A stretch of 64,000 nt of DNA from Felis catus (taxonomy: Eukaryota): positions 155,002,001 through 155,066,000 of the forward strand of contig NC_058368.1 in the NCBI RefSeq assembly GCF_018350175.1, read 5' to 3'. The notes below the pieces were generated by a model, which worked only from the letters and a program-made list of their open reading frames with translations, did not search any database and was not told where the DNA came from. Both the position numbers and the translations under genes were made by a program. Of the stretch, positions 1 to 13,044 are shown piece by piece (within the stretch, counting starts at the first letter, position 1; the number at the start of each line of letters is the position of its first letter).

Positions 1-3000
1 AATATAATTAGTAGAACGATAGAGTGCCTCACTCTGTTCACATAATCCATTCGACCATTTTCATAATCAATGTAGACCATCCTACCTAAATTTAATGTTC
101 TGCCACTCACAACCATTAAGATCTCTGATAGTTACAACAGCCATCTTTGCCCTGCTGGCATCCAATTAGTACTTTTCCCCCAGACAGCCAACATTCAAAA
201 GTACAGAAATTTCTCTTTTTTAAAAAAATTACTTTGTACTACTTACTCTATCCTGCTGTAATAAAAAAAAAAAATTCTATATTGCAAACTGTAGCAATAC
301 TTTGTATTGTCTATTCCCAGGATGACTTTTTAAACTATGTTGTGGCTCCCGATTGTGTTGATACTCATTCGACAAACAAAACTTACACCTCCATAAACAG
401 CAAGTCTGCATATTAGATGAGAAAAGAATATGCAGTAAAACAAAACAAAACAAACAGTTTCTAAAAAAAAATAAGAAGAGAAAGAAAAGCCTGCAGCAAA
501 AACTGGAGAATAGGATTCTGCCCCCTATTCCAGAGGGTTGCACTGTCACCAAGTTGTTTCTCATTTCCATGATTTTTTTTTTTTTCCCTATTAAGATCTG
601 CTGGGGAAATAAAAGCAAAGGGTAGAGCAAAATTTGCTGGGGATGACAGATGGCTTTTCTTTAATGACTTATGAAAGTAAAGTGGCATCCCAAGTCTTAC
701 TTTATGGAACACAGAAGGAAAACGCTAGGCAATGCTATAGCTATTATGTAGCATATCCATTTTGGTTATTTGTGGATATATTATCATTTTACTATGATGA
801 CTATTGACACATTTTTAAGGAGCATGTCTATTCTTTTATCCTTTCTAAATTATTATTAAGGATGAATGTCCTTGAAGTGAAGCCTCTGGCCAGTAAAAGG
901 GGAAATCCACAAATAGGTGGACTGATTGGCGTATATAAGGGACTTTTGTTCAGTCAAAGGAATTTTCCATTAAGAATAAGGAAACTTAAGTTTGCTACTA
1001 TATGGGAGCTATTCTATAAAATCTTCCTTATGAAAATTAAGCAAAGTATATTTGCCTCAATGAAGTTACAGTTTAAAAAAACTGTTAATATACTTTCATC
1101 CATTCTACAGATAAAATTACTTTTTTTGTGTGATGATATACATTCACTGAAAAAAAATTAACAGTAGAATTCTGTTGCATTATCTTCCAATAGAATATAT
1201 ATAAGAAGCTTCTAGATCAGCTTTTTAGTTAGAACAGGTCCAATTATATTTTCTTATCCTATTGAACCTCTAAACATTTTTACATCACTTGAAAGGATTA
1301 GTGTTATATTTTAAATTGATCCAACTCTATATAGTCTGTTTTGTCTGAGACAAAGACCAGAAGACTCTCTTTTCCTGTGTCTTTAAACCAGTACATAACT
1401 TCTGTTTAAGGGCCTAGTGACAACTGTAATGGATAATTTACAACCTACAGGGCTTCTGGATTAAATAACAGAGGCTCTGTAAACCAACAGGCTTCAGACT
1501 TCTGGTGAAAGCACCAGTAATTTGTTTATTGCCCTTTCTCAGTTCCTCAATTACAATTGATCTCTGCTAAACAGTGGAGTGTTACTAATTGTTGGGAAAG
1601 GGGGAAAATAACTTAATCTTTATAGGCATCTTCTTGCCTAGTATTTGTCCTTATAATTCCATGCCATAATCTCACCTAAGCACAGATAAGTGGAATCCAT
1701 ACACCTAACTGAAACAAGTACTTTCGAATTTAATTTATAAACAACCAAAGTTGAAGGAGCTATGTTTGGAACAGAAGAGAGGGTGACTGATTGTATCTGA
1801 TATTGAGCCAATGACAGACAAACAAGAGTACTTGATTAGAGGTCTTGTCCTGCCAGATCACGTATCTGAATTCTACTGATAGGAGTTTAATCAGGACTTA
1901 ATCTCCTTATCATGTCTAGGTGTTGACCAACTCTAAGTACTTAACATAATACAGAACCCCTGCAGGCATCTCCACTTCAAAGCCTAAAGTACATGTTTAG
2001 GTATCTCCTATCTTATTTTTTTTTTCCATTAATAGTGTTGAAAAGAAACACTTGTCATCATCAGCTAAGCAAGTCCTAATTTAATCTGTTTAACTTCTGA
2101 ATTGTTTGTTTTAAGAAGGTTTGACTTATTTATACTAAACCTTCATTTTGTTGACCCACCATGTTAGAAATTGAAAATATACTTTACACATGCAAGAGTG
2201 GTTGTGTGTAAAGCATGTCCTCATCTCTCTGTTTAACTTTTGAATTGTTTGAGGAAGTTTTGACTTATTTATTCTAAATCTTTATTTTTTTGACCGAACA
2301 TTTTCAAAATTAAATAGATATACACACATACATATGTTTGTATAGTATGTGCTTTAAATTCTAGTTTTCTCGCTCTAATACACTTTATCATTTGGATGTC
2401 CAACTGAACAAGTAGTACATTAAAACACAAAGCAAAATCATCCTTCAAATCTTTTCAACATTAGACGTTACAGGCAAAGTTCAACGACAACTTTCGCATA
2501 TTGCTCTCTGACTTAGAAAATGTTCATTCCACTTTTCCATACTAAAGTTCTCCCTTTAATCTTACAGAAGTCTAATGAGAGAGAAGGAATGTTTACTGTT
2601 CTCTTGTTATAAGTTAAAACTGTTTATTTCGCTCTAATGCATCCTTCTGAGGATTATCTACCCATATTTTTTTATTGCCAAAATGTAAATACTTGTATGT
2701 GAATTGTTTTCATGTCTCCACAACAGACATAAATTACTTTTTAAAAAAATTAAAATTAATGAAATTGACAATAAAAATAAAACTACACAAGCCAGATATT
2801 ATATATCTAGAAATGAGCATTTATATATTTGGTATTTTAATATACTGATTAGTATTTTAATTATTTTAAGTGTCCAATAGTCTACTTAATTTTTATGGCA
2901 GCATATATCAAAATAATGCATAATACCTCTATTTTGTCTAATGTACTCCAACTGAAAGACATTAGTCTCAGACAAAAGATATCTTACTATTTGGAAAGAT

Positions 3001-5177
3001 CAGCAAACTGAAAGGTTCAACTCAATTTAAGTTAATCCTTTATAAAAGAAATTATTTAGAACCAAATAGAGTTCCTCAATCATTTTATTATTTCTTCAGT
3101 TAGTCTGTTATTTACTTTTTGTTCAACTCAAAACACTATACTTTGGTGGTTTTATTTTTATTTGGTCTTCTCTGAAATAAGTTTATTCATTTCTAGTTTT
3201 CAATAGAACTGCAAGGCCAAATCAAATACTAAATATCCAACTATACCCGGTGCAATCAATCAGGAGGTTGGTTGATTTTAGAGGATATTCCCATTTGAAA
3301 CAGAGGATTGAGACCAACTATATAGCCAGAAAATAAAGAAAACAAAAGCACTTAAATGTTGTTTCAATTTTCATGGGAGGATTTCAGCAATCTCATTTTT
3401 TGAAAATTTCTACAAATATCCATACACATTATAGTATCTCACTAAACTCAGAAAGAAGGTGATCTATATATAATAAATGCCCCTGTACTGTCATATAGAT
3501 AAAATCATAAGAGATAAGTTACATTGCAAATAAAGCTAAACTTTTTTAAAAGATACATATTAAAGACATTTTAGAAGTATAGTTTAATGATGTATTTTAA
3601 ATAAATATGTAACAGAAAACTTGATTTATGCAAATAATGTTCTAATCTTGGAATTGCTTTTAGATAGGATTCACTAAATATAAGTTTGGAAAGATTATGC
3701 ATCTCAAAAAAATGGGTAATATTGAGCTAAATAACAATGTTGGCTAAGCAGCACTGAGAATAAGCAGGGAAAAATAAAATAAAAGTCTATTATTTTTTGA
3801 CTATGAATGCTTTCTCAAGTAACTCAGATGCTTCCATTTTATTTGAATATTGCTTTTTGTTTCCTCTATTAAGTAGTGCTTAAAAACCACAACTTCAGTC
3901 AATCAGTAAACAGGATCATTACTTCTAAGTGTTTCAGATTCTAAATCAAGGGTTTCATTTAATTTTCCTAGCAGAATAATGCATATAGATGAGGATGTCA
4001 AATTGCAAATAACCTGTATTAGAATAGCGTTTACAGTGCTTATGGTAAGTAATCAACATTATTGACTTAGCTCAGGGATTTAAAATGCTGAAAAACACTA
4101 ACAGAATAAATTGATTGGAAGAATAGAGAAGTACATCACTGTGTTAAAGATTTGAAATGAAAGTGAAACGCATTATATGATTTTGTAGTTTAAAAGTACA
4201 TGTGCATATACAGATATGCGCGTAGATGGATAATGTGGGCATTATTGATTTAAACTCTCTATTGGGATTAAAGGGAGAATGCCTAGTTTCATTTCAATGG
4301 TAATGTTGGCATTCATTATCAATATGATAAAATACAAATTGGTGGCTCTGTAATACAGATTTAATGCCCCTGCTGAACTTTTTTCCATTAGCAGCTAATG
4401 GCTATTCCTGTTTACCTTCTATGACTCCAAATGCTCATTCCGTCTTCTTTTCTGTGATCTTAATGGTTATACAGGAAATGATTTTGCTAAAAATGAAAAT
4501 ATCCTATTTTATTTTAAAAATGATAGAACTCGCATCTGTAAACATGACTTTAATCTATGCCTTCCATGATGTGTCAGCGTTCTCAAAAAGAATCTTGTTC
4601 TGAGTTTGTAAAATAGAAATGAAACATCTCATAACTTGAAATAGTAAGAAAAAGACTTGTTACAATTATTAAAGTGAAACATTTTGCTCTCAGAATAGTT
4701 TATATTTTTTAACATATACACATAAAGTGAGCGTTTCCTTTCCATTATTAAAAATCTTTTTATCATGATAAACAAATCTATTCATTGAATTGCTTTTCCC
4801 TATTCTATATAGCAACAGTTTATTTTTAGGATGGCTTTCAACTACTAAGTTGGATTTATTTTAAAGAACGAAGAGTACCAAAACTCTTATTAATTTATTT
4901 TAATTAAGCCCATTACAATAATCCCTGGGGAGAAAACAATTAAACATGGAATAAGGAACAATAAAAATCAAGTTCATTTCCTCTTTGCAGTTGAGTTCCC
5001 TTAGTCATCTCTTTTTCTCAAAATAAAGCCTTTAAGTTGGGTAGACTTTTCAATGAAATAGCAGAATTTTAAATGAAATTATAATACTAATACTTAATAT
5101 TATTGCACATCGACTGTATAACAGACACTATGCTAAGTACTTAATGTACTCACATAATTATCTCACACTTATGATAT

Positions 5178-6205
5178 AAAGAAATAACCCAATTTAAAAA
5201 TGGACCGAGGATCTGGAAAGATATTTATTGAAGGACAGACGAATGGCCAACCAGCACACAAAAGATTCTCAAGATTATTAGCTATCAGGGAAACGCAAAT
5301 TAAAACCATAATGAGATGCCACTTCACACTGCTATGATGGCTATAATCAAAAAGACAGGTAATAGCAAGTGTCGGTAAGGATGTGGAGAAAGTGAAACCC
5401 ACGTACACCCTTGGCAGGAATGTAAAATGGTGCAGTGTCTTTGGAAAACCGTTTGGCATTGCTTTCAACGTTTAAACATAGAGCTATCATTATGATCCAG
5501 CAATTCCACTCTTAGGTATAGAGTCAAGAGACCTGAGAACACATGTTTCAACAAAAACTTATAGAGATGTTTATAAATAGTTAAGAGGTAGAAATAACCT
5601 AATGTCTATCAACTGATGCATGAGTAAAGAAAATATAGTATATCCACCAGTAAAATACTACTTGACAATAGAAACGACTTAACTGCTGACAAATGCTACG
5701 GCATTTGTACATATTACGCTACGTAAAAGAAACTACACAACAGATGCACATGGCATGATTTTACTTACATGAAATGCCCAGAATCAGCAAGTATATTATT
5801 TAAGTTTATTTATTTATTTTGAGGGGGGAGGAGCAGAGAGTGAAACAGAGAGAGAGAATCCCAAGCAAGCTCAGAGCAGACCCTGACCCTGGGCTCAAAC
5901 TCGTGAACCGTGAGATCATGACCTGCAATCAAGAGTCAGATGCTTAACCAAATGAGCCACCCAGGTGCCCCCAGAATCAGCAAATCTATTAAAACAGTAG
6001 GGTAGTAGCTGCCCATGACTGATGAGGTTGGAAAAATAGACAGTGACTGCTAATGGATATGAGATTTCTTTTGGGGGGAAATGAAAAGTTTCTAAAACTG
6101 GTTGCGGTAAACATTGCAAAACTCTGAATATATTTAAAAAACAGTGACTTGTACACTTCAAATGGGCACTGTATGGTATGTGAATTATATCTCAATAAAG
6201 CCAAT
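5178..6205 (+). mobile_element. L1MB-like LINE-1 fragment (end of ORF2 plus 3' UTR), interrupted by a SINE
   Basis: Typical L1 3' motifs: 'cagggaaacgcaaattaaaaccataatgagatgccacttcacac', 'gatccagcaattccactcttaggtata', and terminal 'tgtgaattatatctcaataaagc'. Confidence 0.9.
5798..5971 (-). mobile_element. Can-SINE (older feliform type) inserted into L1
   Basis: Reverse-complement head 'gagccacccaggtgcccc' and T-rich tail; TSD cagaatcagcaa(g/a)t(a/c)tatt at 5779-5797 and 5972-5990. Confidence 0.95.
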
Positions 6206-6974
6206 TTATATTTTTTCATATATTTGTACATATGTAATTTCTTTCAAAGACAGCAAGGACCATGTAGAGAGGTTAAACAACTTGCCCGAAGTGACAGTGA
6301 AGGGTATCCTGAACTGAATCCATAGAATGTGGCTCCAAAGTCCATACATTTCCTTAAGCTTACTGACTCTGTTGATGGTAGTTTTGCTCCCCATGTGACA
6401 ATTGATTTTATTTAATCAAATATTTTGTTTAAAAAAGCCACTCCCTAATATAGCTCCAAATGAACTTAACACTGGAGGGCAGTTTTTTCTACAACAAAAA
6501 ATATGACGTATGATAAACAACAATGCTGACTCAGACATTTCAAGGTAATAATATGACTTATTCCGAATGTCCACATTCTTAATAAATGAGGAGAGCCTGC
6601 AAAGAATGGAGCATATTCAATTGCCAACAACAACCCATTCTCCACAGATACTTAGAGTTCACATTTTTATTACTCTGACCCCGAAGTGCAGTGATCTAAT
6701 CATATTCTTTAGCCCAGAAAAAAAAGGCCAAATGTCAGAACATATCTGTTATGTTATTGTAGTCAATTTCTCTTTTCACCTAAGCATTGTGTTAAAGGGC
6801 TTGTGGAAATGCAGAACGGATTCACAGTACTCTCCAGCTAAGGAAACTAAAAGACCTTCCAGCAAAACTGTACAACGGGAGAAAAATGTCACTCAAAGAA
6901 GTTAAATTATTTATAAAGTCACTAGATTCTATAGCAGCTAAAACTAGTCATCATAATCAACATCTTCACAATAA

Positions 6975-7222
6975 CAATAGAAATAATTGGCACTTAGTGA
7001 AAATATCTTCTGGGTCAGGCAGTGTACTAAACATGTCTTATCTCATTTAATGTTTAGAGCAGACTGTGTAGTAAGTACTGTCACTATTTCTATTGTACAA
7101 GTAGGAAAACTGAGGCTTCATTAAAAGAAGTTAAATAACCTGCCAAATCTTAGAGCTGTGAGTGGTAAGCTTGTGAATGGTATCTCAGCTCTTCCGATCT
7201 GTAGCGAAACACCATACTATAC
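6975..7222 (-). mobile_element. MIR SINE
   Basis: Core motifs 'ttatctcatttaat' and 'ggaaaactgaggct...gaagttaaataacctgcc'. Confidence 0.8.
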
Positions 7223-7272
7223 CTTAATTACAATCAATTCAGCAATCTCTTTTTTATTAAAAATAAATATTA

Positions 7273-7406
7273 GGGGCGTACCTGGGTGGCTCAGTAGGTT
7301 AAGTGTCTGATTATGGCTCAGGTCATGATCTCGCAGTTTGTGAGTTTGAGCCCCACATCAGGATTTTTCACTGGCAATGTAGAGCCTGCTTGGGATTCTC
7401 TCTCTT

Positions 7407-7447
<41 letters not shown>

Positions 7448-7530
7448 GCCCCTCCCCCACTCATGTGCATACATTCTCTCTCTCTCTCAAAGTAAATAAA
7501 CTTTAAAATATCAAGATAAAAATAAATAAA
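7273..7530 (+). mobile_element. Can-SINE (SINEC_Fc-type)
   Basis: Head 'ggggcgtacctgggtggctcagtaggttaag', (CT)n tract and A-rich tail. Confidence 0.95.
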
Positions 7531-8084
7531 TATCAGGAAAGCTAGCACATTATCAGAAACACTAAAATAGAAATCATACAATAAAAGTGAATCATAAAAT
7601 AATTATTTGTTCATATTATATTAATTATATTCATTTACTATTACATTTATTACACTTATATTTTATGAGATAAAAATATAATACAAGTAAAGCATAAAAT
7701 GAAATTTATCATCATAAAAAGAATTAATTAGCCAGAATCCAGACTCCAAGAGATAGTGCGACAGATTGTAACCTTCATCCCTAAACAATATATAATGGCA
7801 ATAAACTGTTTTCTCATCCTGCTGCATAAATCAGGCAGATTTATACCGTAGAAATACACTTGCAGTAAATAACACACAGTTAATTTAATACCTTTTTCGA
7901 AGTTATTGGTGTGCCTTTTAACAAAGACTGTGCCTCCAAAAATGATGACATCAAATTACTTTGAAAACCCAAAGATAAATTAATCACCACATACAACATC
8001 GAGATTGCTGCCGCAGGAGACACAAGAATACTGATGTCTTTGTAGCTGTGTGCAGCTAACCTAGAAGGAGCCCAGCCCCGTCAC

Positions 8085-8460
8085 CCAACATTCCCCTCTG
8101 CCTGGAATGACCTCTCTCCTCTCCTCCCCACACTCCTACAAATGTCCAGTCCTTTCCCCTTGAGATTCTCCTCCAACTCTGTGCCCCTGGAGACAATTAT
8201 GGACTAGAGTTGGCCGGTCTGAATTTCAAAGATAATTAGTTAGAATCAACATCACTCAGGCTTATAACTTACATACTAATCATATGTAACTAATCATGTA
8301 TTTTATTGACTTGAGGTTGTCTTTACGTGTTTATTTTTCCCTCTGCCTCGATGATCATACACTCCCTATGAAGAAAGACTAACCTTCTATTGATTTGTCA
8401 TCTAAATTTCACCTAAGAAAACAACATGCACGTGTTAGGATGCTTACAGACTTTAATGTA
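8085..8460 (+). mobile_element. Degenerate L2 fragments
   Basis: 'ttcccctctgcctggaatgacctctc' and an L2 3'-like segment near 8340-8460. Confidence 0.45.
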
Positions 8461-9614
8461 CATGACAGAGCACAGAGGCAAAATAAAATCATGTTTTCAT
8501 TTTTTTAATTTCACATCTATCGGCCAGATCCTTCATAGAGCGTGCCCCCTGGGGCTCTGCCAATTCCAGATCTGTCCTCAGGATGCAGACTGTTCTGCTT
8601 TAAGAACTGATCATAGCCATTTTGGATAGAAAATCCTGTCTCAAGACACAGGACCATATTACATAATAATGATAATAATAGTAGTAGTAGTAATAAATTA
8701 ATATATATTAATACATATTAATATATATATAATGGCATTTGTATCATTATTTTTCCCTTTGAGAAATGCGACCTATTCACATACATTCGGATTGATAAGA
8801 TATTTATGTTTATTAACCATGATTCAAAGTCCTGGTTTGGGGACAAGCAGCCCTCCCTTTAAAGAAATAAGATATTGGGGCTGTAATAGCCTTTATTTTT
8901 TTATGAGACTTTTTAAGCTTTTTGACGGAAATATGATGTTCCCAACTGGCTAACTGTGAAACAGTGAAGCGACTTCAAGACCCGCGGACTCTCTACCACA
9001 CACGTAAGTACAGGCAGTCATCTAATCCTCCCAGTTCATATATTTATAAGAAAAAAAATGTCGTTTGCCCATTTGATCTTCCTTCGCTTAATCCCAAAGA
9101 GTATTAGGATTTCCATTCATTTCTGTTGGGACTGAAAAACTTAATTCTTCTGCTGCAGGCTAGACCGGGGATATGCTCCACGAAGCAGCAACACAGACCC
9201 TATTTCTCCTCGCAGGTTATTGCTGCTGCTGCAGATGTTCAGAAGAGCTACACCTTGGGTGTCTCACATCGTGGTTATAGGCATTTATTTGGGATCATTA
9301 CCCCAGCAGCTAGAGGATCCCTGTCTACACATCCCGCAGGCTCCCCCAGTAGACACAATTTTGTACGACCACTGGTGTGAGCCCCCTATTAACGATGATG
9401 GCTCCATCCACTGTAGTGGTAGGTGGGGCTCTTCCTATAAGTACTGCTCAGACCCAGCCAGGCAGCTAGTATCATACTCAATTGCGTTTTCTGTTCTCTT
9501 ACCTGTGATTGGTCTTTATATGTTTTGCTTAATATCCTTAAATATCATTAATCCCTAATCTGAAAAGTTTATGTACTATACAGAATTTGATTATACTAGA
9601 TTAGAGCTAATTGT

Positions 9615-9616
9615 GA

Positions 9617-9668
<52 letters not shown>

Positions 9669-9698
9669 AAAGAAAGAAAGAAAGAAAGAAAGAAAGAA

Positions 9699-9749
<51 letters not shown>

Positions 9750-9826
9750 GAAGGAAGGAAGGAAGGAAGGAAGGAAGGAAGGAAGGAAGGAAGGAAGGAA
9801 GGAAGGAAGGAAGGAAGGAAGGAAAG
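9615..9826 (+). repeat. Compound (GAAA)n(GGAA)n tetranucleotide microsatellite, about 212 bp of pure purine
   Basis: Directly visible; switch from GAAA to GGAA near 9749. Confidence 0.99.
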
Positions 9827-10068
9827 TGCATCTTAAGAAGCTCAGAATTCTTCTGATTTCAGTTAGATTTAGACTGGGAAGAATTTTGTGCACATTCCTA
9901 AGACCAAATTTAGAGGAAAAGAAAAGAAGTATTAAGTAGATTTTCCCCTCCAGGAAGTTTTGATATTATTTTATTGAAATAATACAGTGTATAATGTGAA
10001 TTGCATTATAGTTTCATCATTTGACTCTAAATATCGGTCTGCATTTGAAATGCATTTTATCAGTACTA

Positions 10069-10378
10069 CAGGTTCACAATCTTTCATCCGCAATTCTAAA
10101 ACCCAAACAGATCCCAAAACCAAATATTTTCACAAGATAATTCCAAAATTCATGTGGTGGCAAAATCTGATTCAAATTATATGAGGTTATTTGTCCATTT
10201 GGTGTGAATGCTCATACATTTTATTTTAGAAATATTTATAAGTTTGATTCCTGGATGTTGCCCCAACCCCAGGGACGATGCACATAATACATGGTATTAG
10301 TGTTATCTAAATGCTAAAAATTCTAAATCATAATACCACATCTGGCCTCAAAGATTTCATATAAGGGATCATGGATTG
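10069..10378. mobile_element. TcMar-Tigger-like non-autonomous DNA element
   Basis: Degenerate terminal inverted repeats: TA|caggttcacaatctttcatc at left and ataagggatcatggattg at right. Confidence 0.55.
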
Positions 10379-10415
10379 ATAGCTAATACTAGTACTAACT
10401 GAGAAGCTACGCCCA

Positions 10416-10416
<1 letters not shown>

Positions 10417-10454
<38 letters not shown>
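10417..10454 (+). repeat. (TG)19 microsatellite
   Basis: Directly visible. Confidence 0.99.
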
Positions 10455-10455
<1 letters not shown>

Positions 10456-10569
10456 AAACACACATATATACACTCATGAACCTAACAAATGAAATAACAA
10501 GACAAAAACTCAGAAGAAAAATTAAGACTATGTTAAACTTCAATCTGGACTCATCATTGTATTGTGTAG

Positions 10570-10900
10570 AAAAAAACTAGAAACATAATAAATGAACAAA
10601 AGCAGGGTATGAGCTAAATATACGCAGGCATGTCTGTACAAGATATCCAGGTAGCCATAAAAATGACACTACTGAAGAGTATTTGGTGACATAGAAAATG
10701 TTCACAGTCTATTATTAAGGGAAAAGCAGGTCATCAACAGTTCAAATAAAATGCAACATATCTAAAACTATATACGTACACACACAGAAATTAACATGAG
10801 CAAATATGTAATAATAGACTAATGGTTATTTCTGGAGGATGATTTTTTTTTCCTATCATTTGTTTTTTCTTTAGTTTCTTTTTCTACGATATTGCTCCTG
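10570..10900 (+). mobile_element. L1ME-like 3' UTR remnant
   Basis: 'gccataaaaatga...tgacatagaaaatgttcacag...gaaaagcagg' and 'taatggttatttctgg' are typical of old L1ME 3' ends. Confidence 0.65.
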
Positions 10901-12154
10901 TGTTTTTTTAAACTTTTGTTTTGATTGTAAGAAACACCAAATGAACATTAAAAAAAAAAAAAGATACCTAGACAAATGCTAAAAAAACAAAAACAAAAAC
11001 AAAAACACAGAGGTAACTGGGCCTCAGACGCGGAATAACGGCTTGTCTCTCCCTGGCTGCATAAGAGCCGAAGAGCAGTGTTTGTTTGTTTGCTCCGGTG
11101 GGTAAGACTTCATTTCATGCAAAGAGAATTGCACAGAAAAACACAGAGAAACTTTAGCATTTAAGGGCTGTGCTTTGTGTGCAAAGATGATGTTATTGAC
11201 TCCCTGACACTGAGGAAACTTCAGTGTTTCTTCACGGCTGCAATTACCTAATTTGGGAAATGAACCAGACACCGTAGCTTCGTCGAGATGATAGCTGTAG
11301 ACATAAAGTGCTGTGACTGCCATTTTTTTTTCAGCTTCTTTTTTTTCACGCAGCAAAGCAATAATGTACAGTCCTAAACTCCCATTCTCCTCAAATTGTA
11401 TGTGTTCGTTAAATAAACAGTATTTCAAATTAGGAACGTAAATCTCACTCTCACTTAGCACACTGCATGTGGCGTCACCTTCGCTGTTATAATATGATCT
11501 TCTGATCAGCATGTAAAATACCATTGAAAGCCCTACAAAACAAGATACATTTTCACAGTGAGAAAAAGCCATCAAACTAGAATTTTTGTGAACTTATATC
11601 CTTGAACTTTGAAGGCCAATGTAAACATCGATCTGAACTGCCCACATCAATCTCCAGGTCTTCAGGCCACATAACCCCACATGTAGAGTATTTCCTTCTA
11701 CTCTGGGGGCTTTCAGTCAAGGTTTCAAAGTATTTTGTTTATGTGTCAGTAAATATCTATTAAATCTCTTTAATACACATACTCTCTCCATTTTTTTTTT
11801 AAGTCCAAAGCACAGATCTTGTCCTGTCCTTAGAGAACTTATACATTACTTGGGAAGAACAAATATTCTTTACAGGAAGTTAAATCATAATACAAAAATT
11901 CAAAGTAATGTGAGTCAAGAGAAGTCACAAGGCTGCACATGATTAAATGCCAAATATCTGCAAGTACTTTTAAGTCAGAGTATTGCTGATTCCTGGGGTT
12001 TGAAATACATAATGCAAGAGCATAAAGGAGGGATGAGAAGGGGCAGGGTTTTAAACATGCCTTGAAGAAGTCGCAGGATATGAGCAGAGAGGAGGATGTA
12101 CATACCAAAAGGGGAAAACAGTAGAAGTCAAGATTCTGAGAGTTAACAGGGATA

Positions 12155-12610
12155 CTATAATAGCCAGGATTCCTTAGGGGTGGCTATTATGTTCCTGGCA
12201 CTGTCATCTCATTTAATTCTCACAGAAACTCTGACATCGGTACCCCCATGAACCCATCCATAACCACCCTATCTAAAACGGCCTTCCTACCACTCACATC
12301 TAAAGTCTCCCTCTGTCATATGGGTTGGATTCATTCTGTTCATGACATTTTCATTACGGAAACCTATCTCAGTAACTTGTTTACTTCTTTAATGCAAGCT
12401 CCAGGATGGCTGAGACTTGTTCAAGCACAATATCCCCAGTGCCTGAAAGAATTCCTGGCCCAGAGTCACACACAATATATGTATTAATGAATCATCTCCT
12501 TTCACAAAGGAGGACTCTAAGTGTGGTGAGAGGGTCAATAACTAGCCTGATGTCACACAGTCTGGATTGGAACTCAGGTCTCTCCTGACTCTAGAACTAC
12601 ATGCTACTAA
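12155..12610 (-). mobile_element. MIR split by a plus-strand L2 3' end (L2 at about 12245-12492)
   Basis: MIR halves 'ctggcactgtcatctcatttaattctcaca' and 'tgtcacacagtctggattggaactcaggtct' flank the L2 end 'atatccccagtgcctgaaagaattcctggc...attaatgaat'. Confidence 0.7.
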
Positions 12611-13044
12611 GCTCCCCAATGAATAATTAGGAAACAACAAGTAAGACCCTTTTGGAGAACATACAAATTTTCTTTCTTGTTTTAATTTTTTTTTCATTTT
12701 TTCTCTTTATTTGTTTTATTTACTGATTGTTCATTGCATCCTATTGATAAGAAGTGAAATGGCAATGGAAGTTTAGTGTCAGACTATAAAGGCACTGATT
12801 TCCAGGTTAAGACTTCTGAATTATATTATGGTAAAAACATTATAGAATGTAAACAGATTTGGGGGAAATGAGTGTATCTGTCAAGTTCATATGTTGGAAT
12901 GAGAAAGACTAAGCCTAAAATTAGAACTATAAGAGATTGCTGAGGCCAATCGTGAGCGTATTAAAGTCTAGATGAGGTTTTAGCAGTATATAGGGAGGAC
13001 CGAAAAAATACAAGAGGAATCACAGAGAAAAATCTAATTTTTGT

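Larger units (their letters stand above)
5085..6365 (-). mobile_element. MIR SINE split into two halves (about 5085-5168 and 6240-6365) by an L1 insertion
   Basis: Left part 'cagacactatgctaagtacttaatgtac' and right part 'agagaggttaaacaacttgcccgaagtgaca...tggctccaaagtcc' match consecutive parts of the MIR reverse complement. Confidence 0.7.

Noticed and set aside
5169..5468. 99-aa minus-strand ORF
   Set aside because: Antisense reading of the L1 ORF2 3' end.
9571..9939. ORFs rich in KERK or FLPS repeats on both strands
   Set aside because: Translations of the (GAAA)n(GGAA)n microsatellite.
11620..11718. miR-30-like fragments: tgtaaacatc (11620-11629) and gggctttcagtc (11707-11718)
   Set aside because: The spacing is 77 nt versus about 28 nt in mir-30a, the remainder of both arms does not match, and they do not pair into a hairpin; most likely coincidence.
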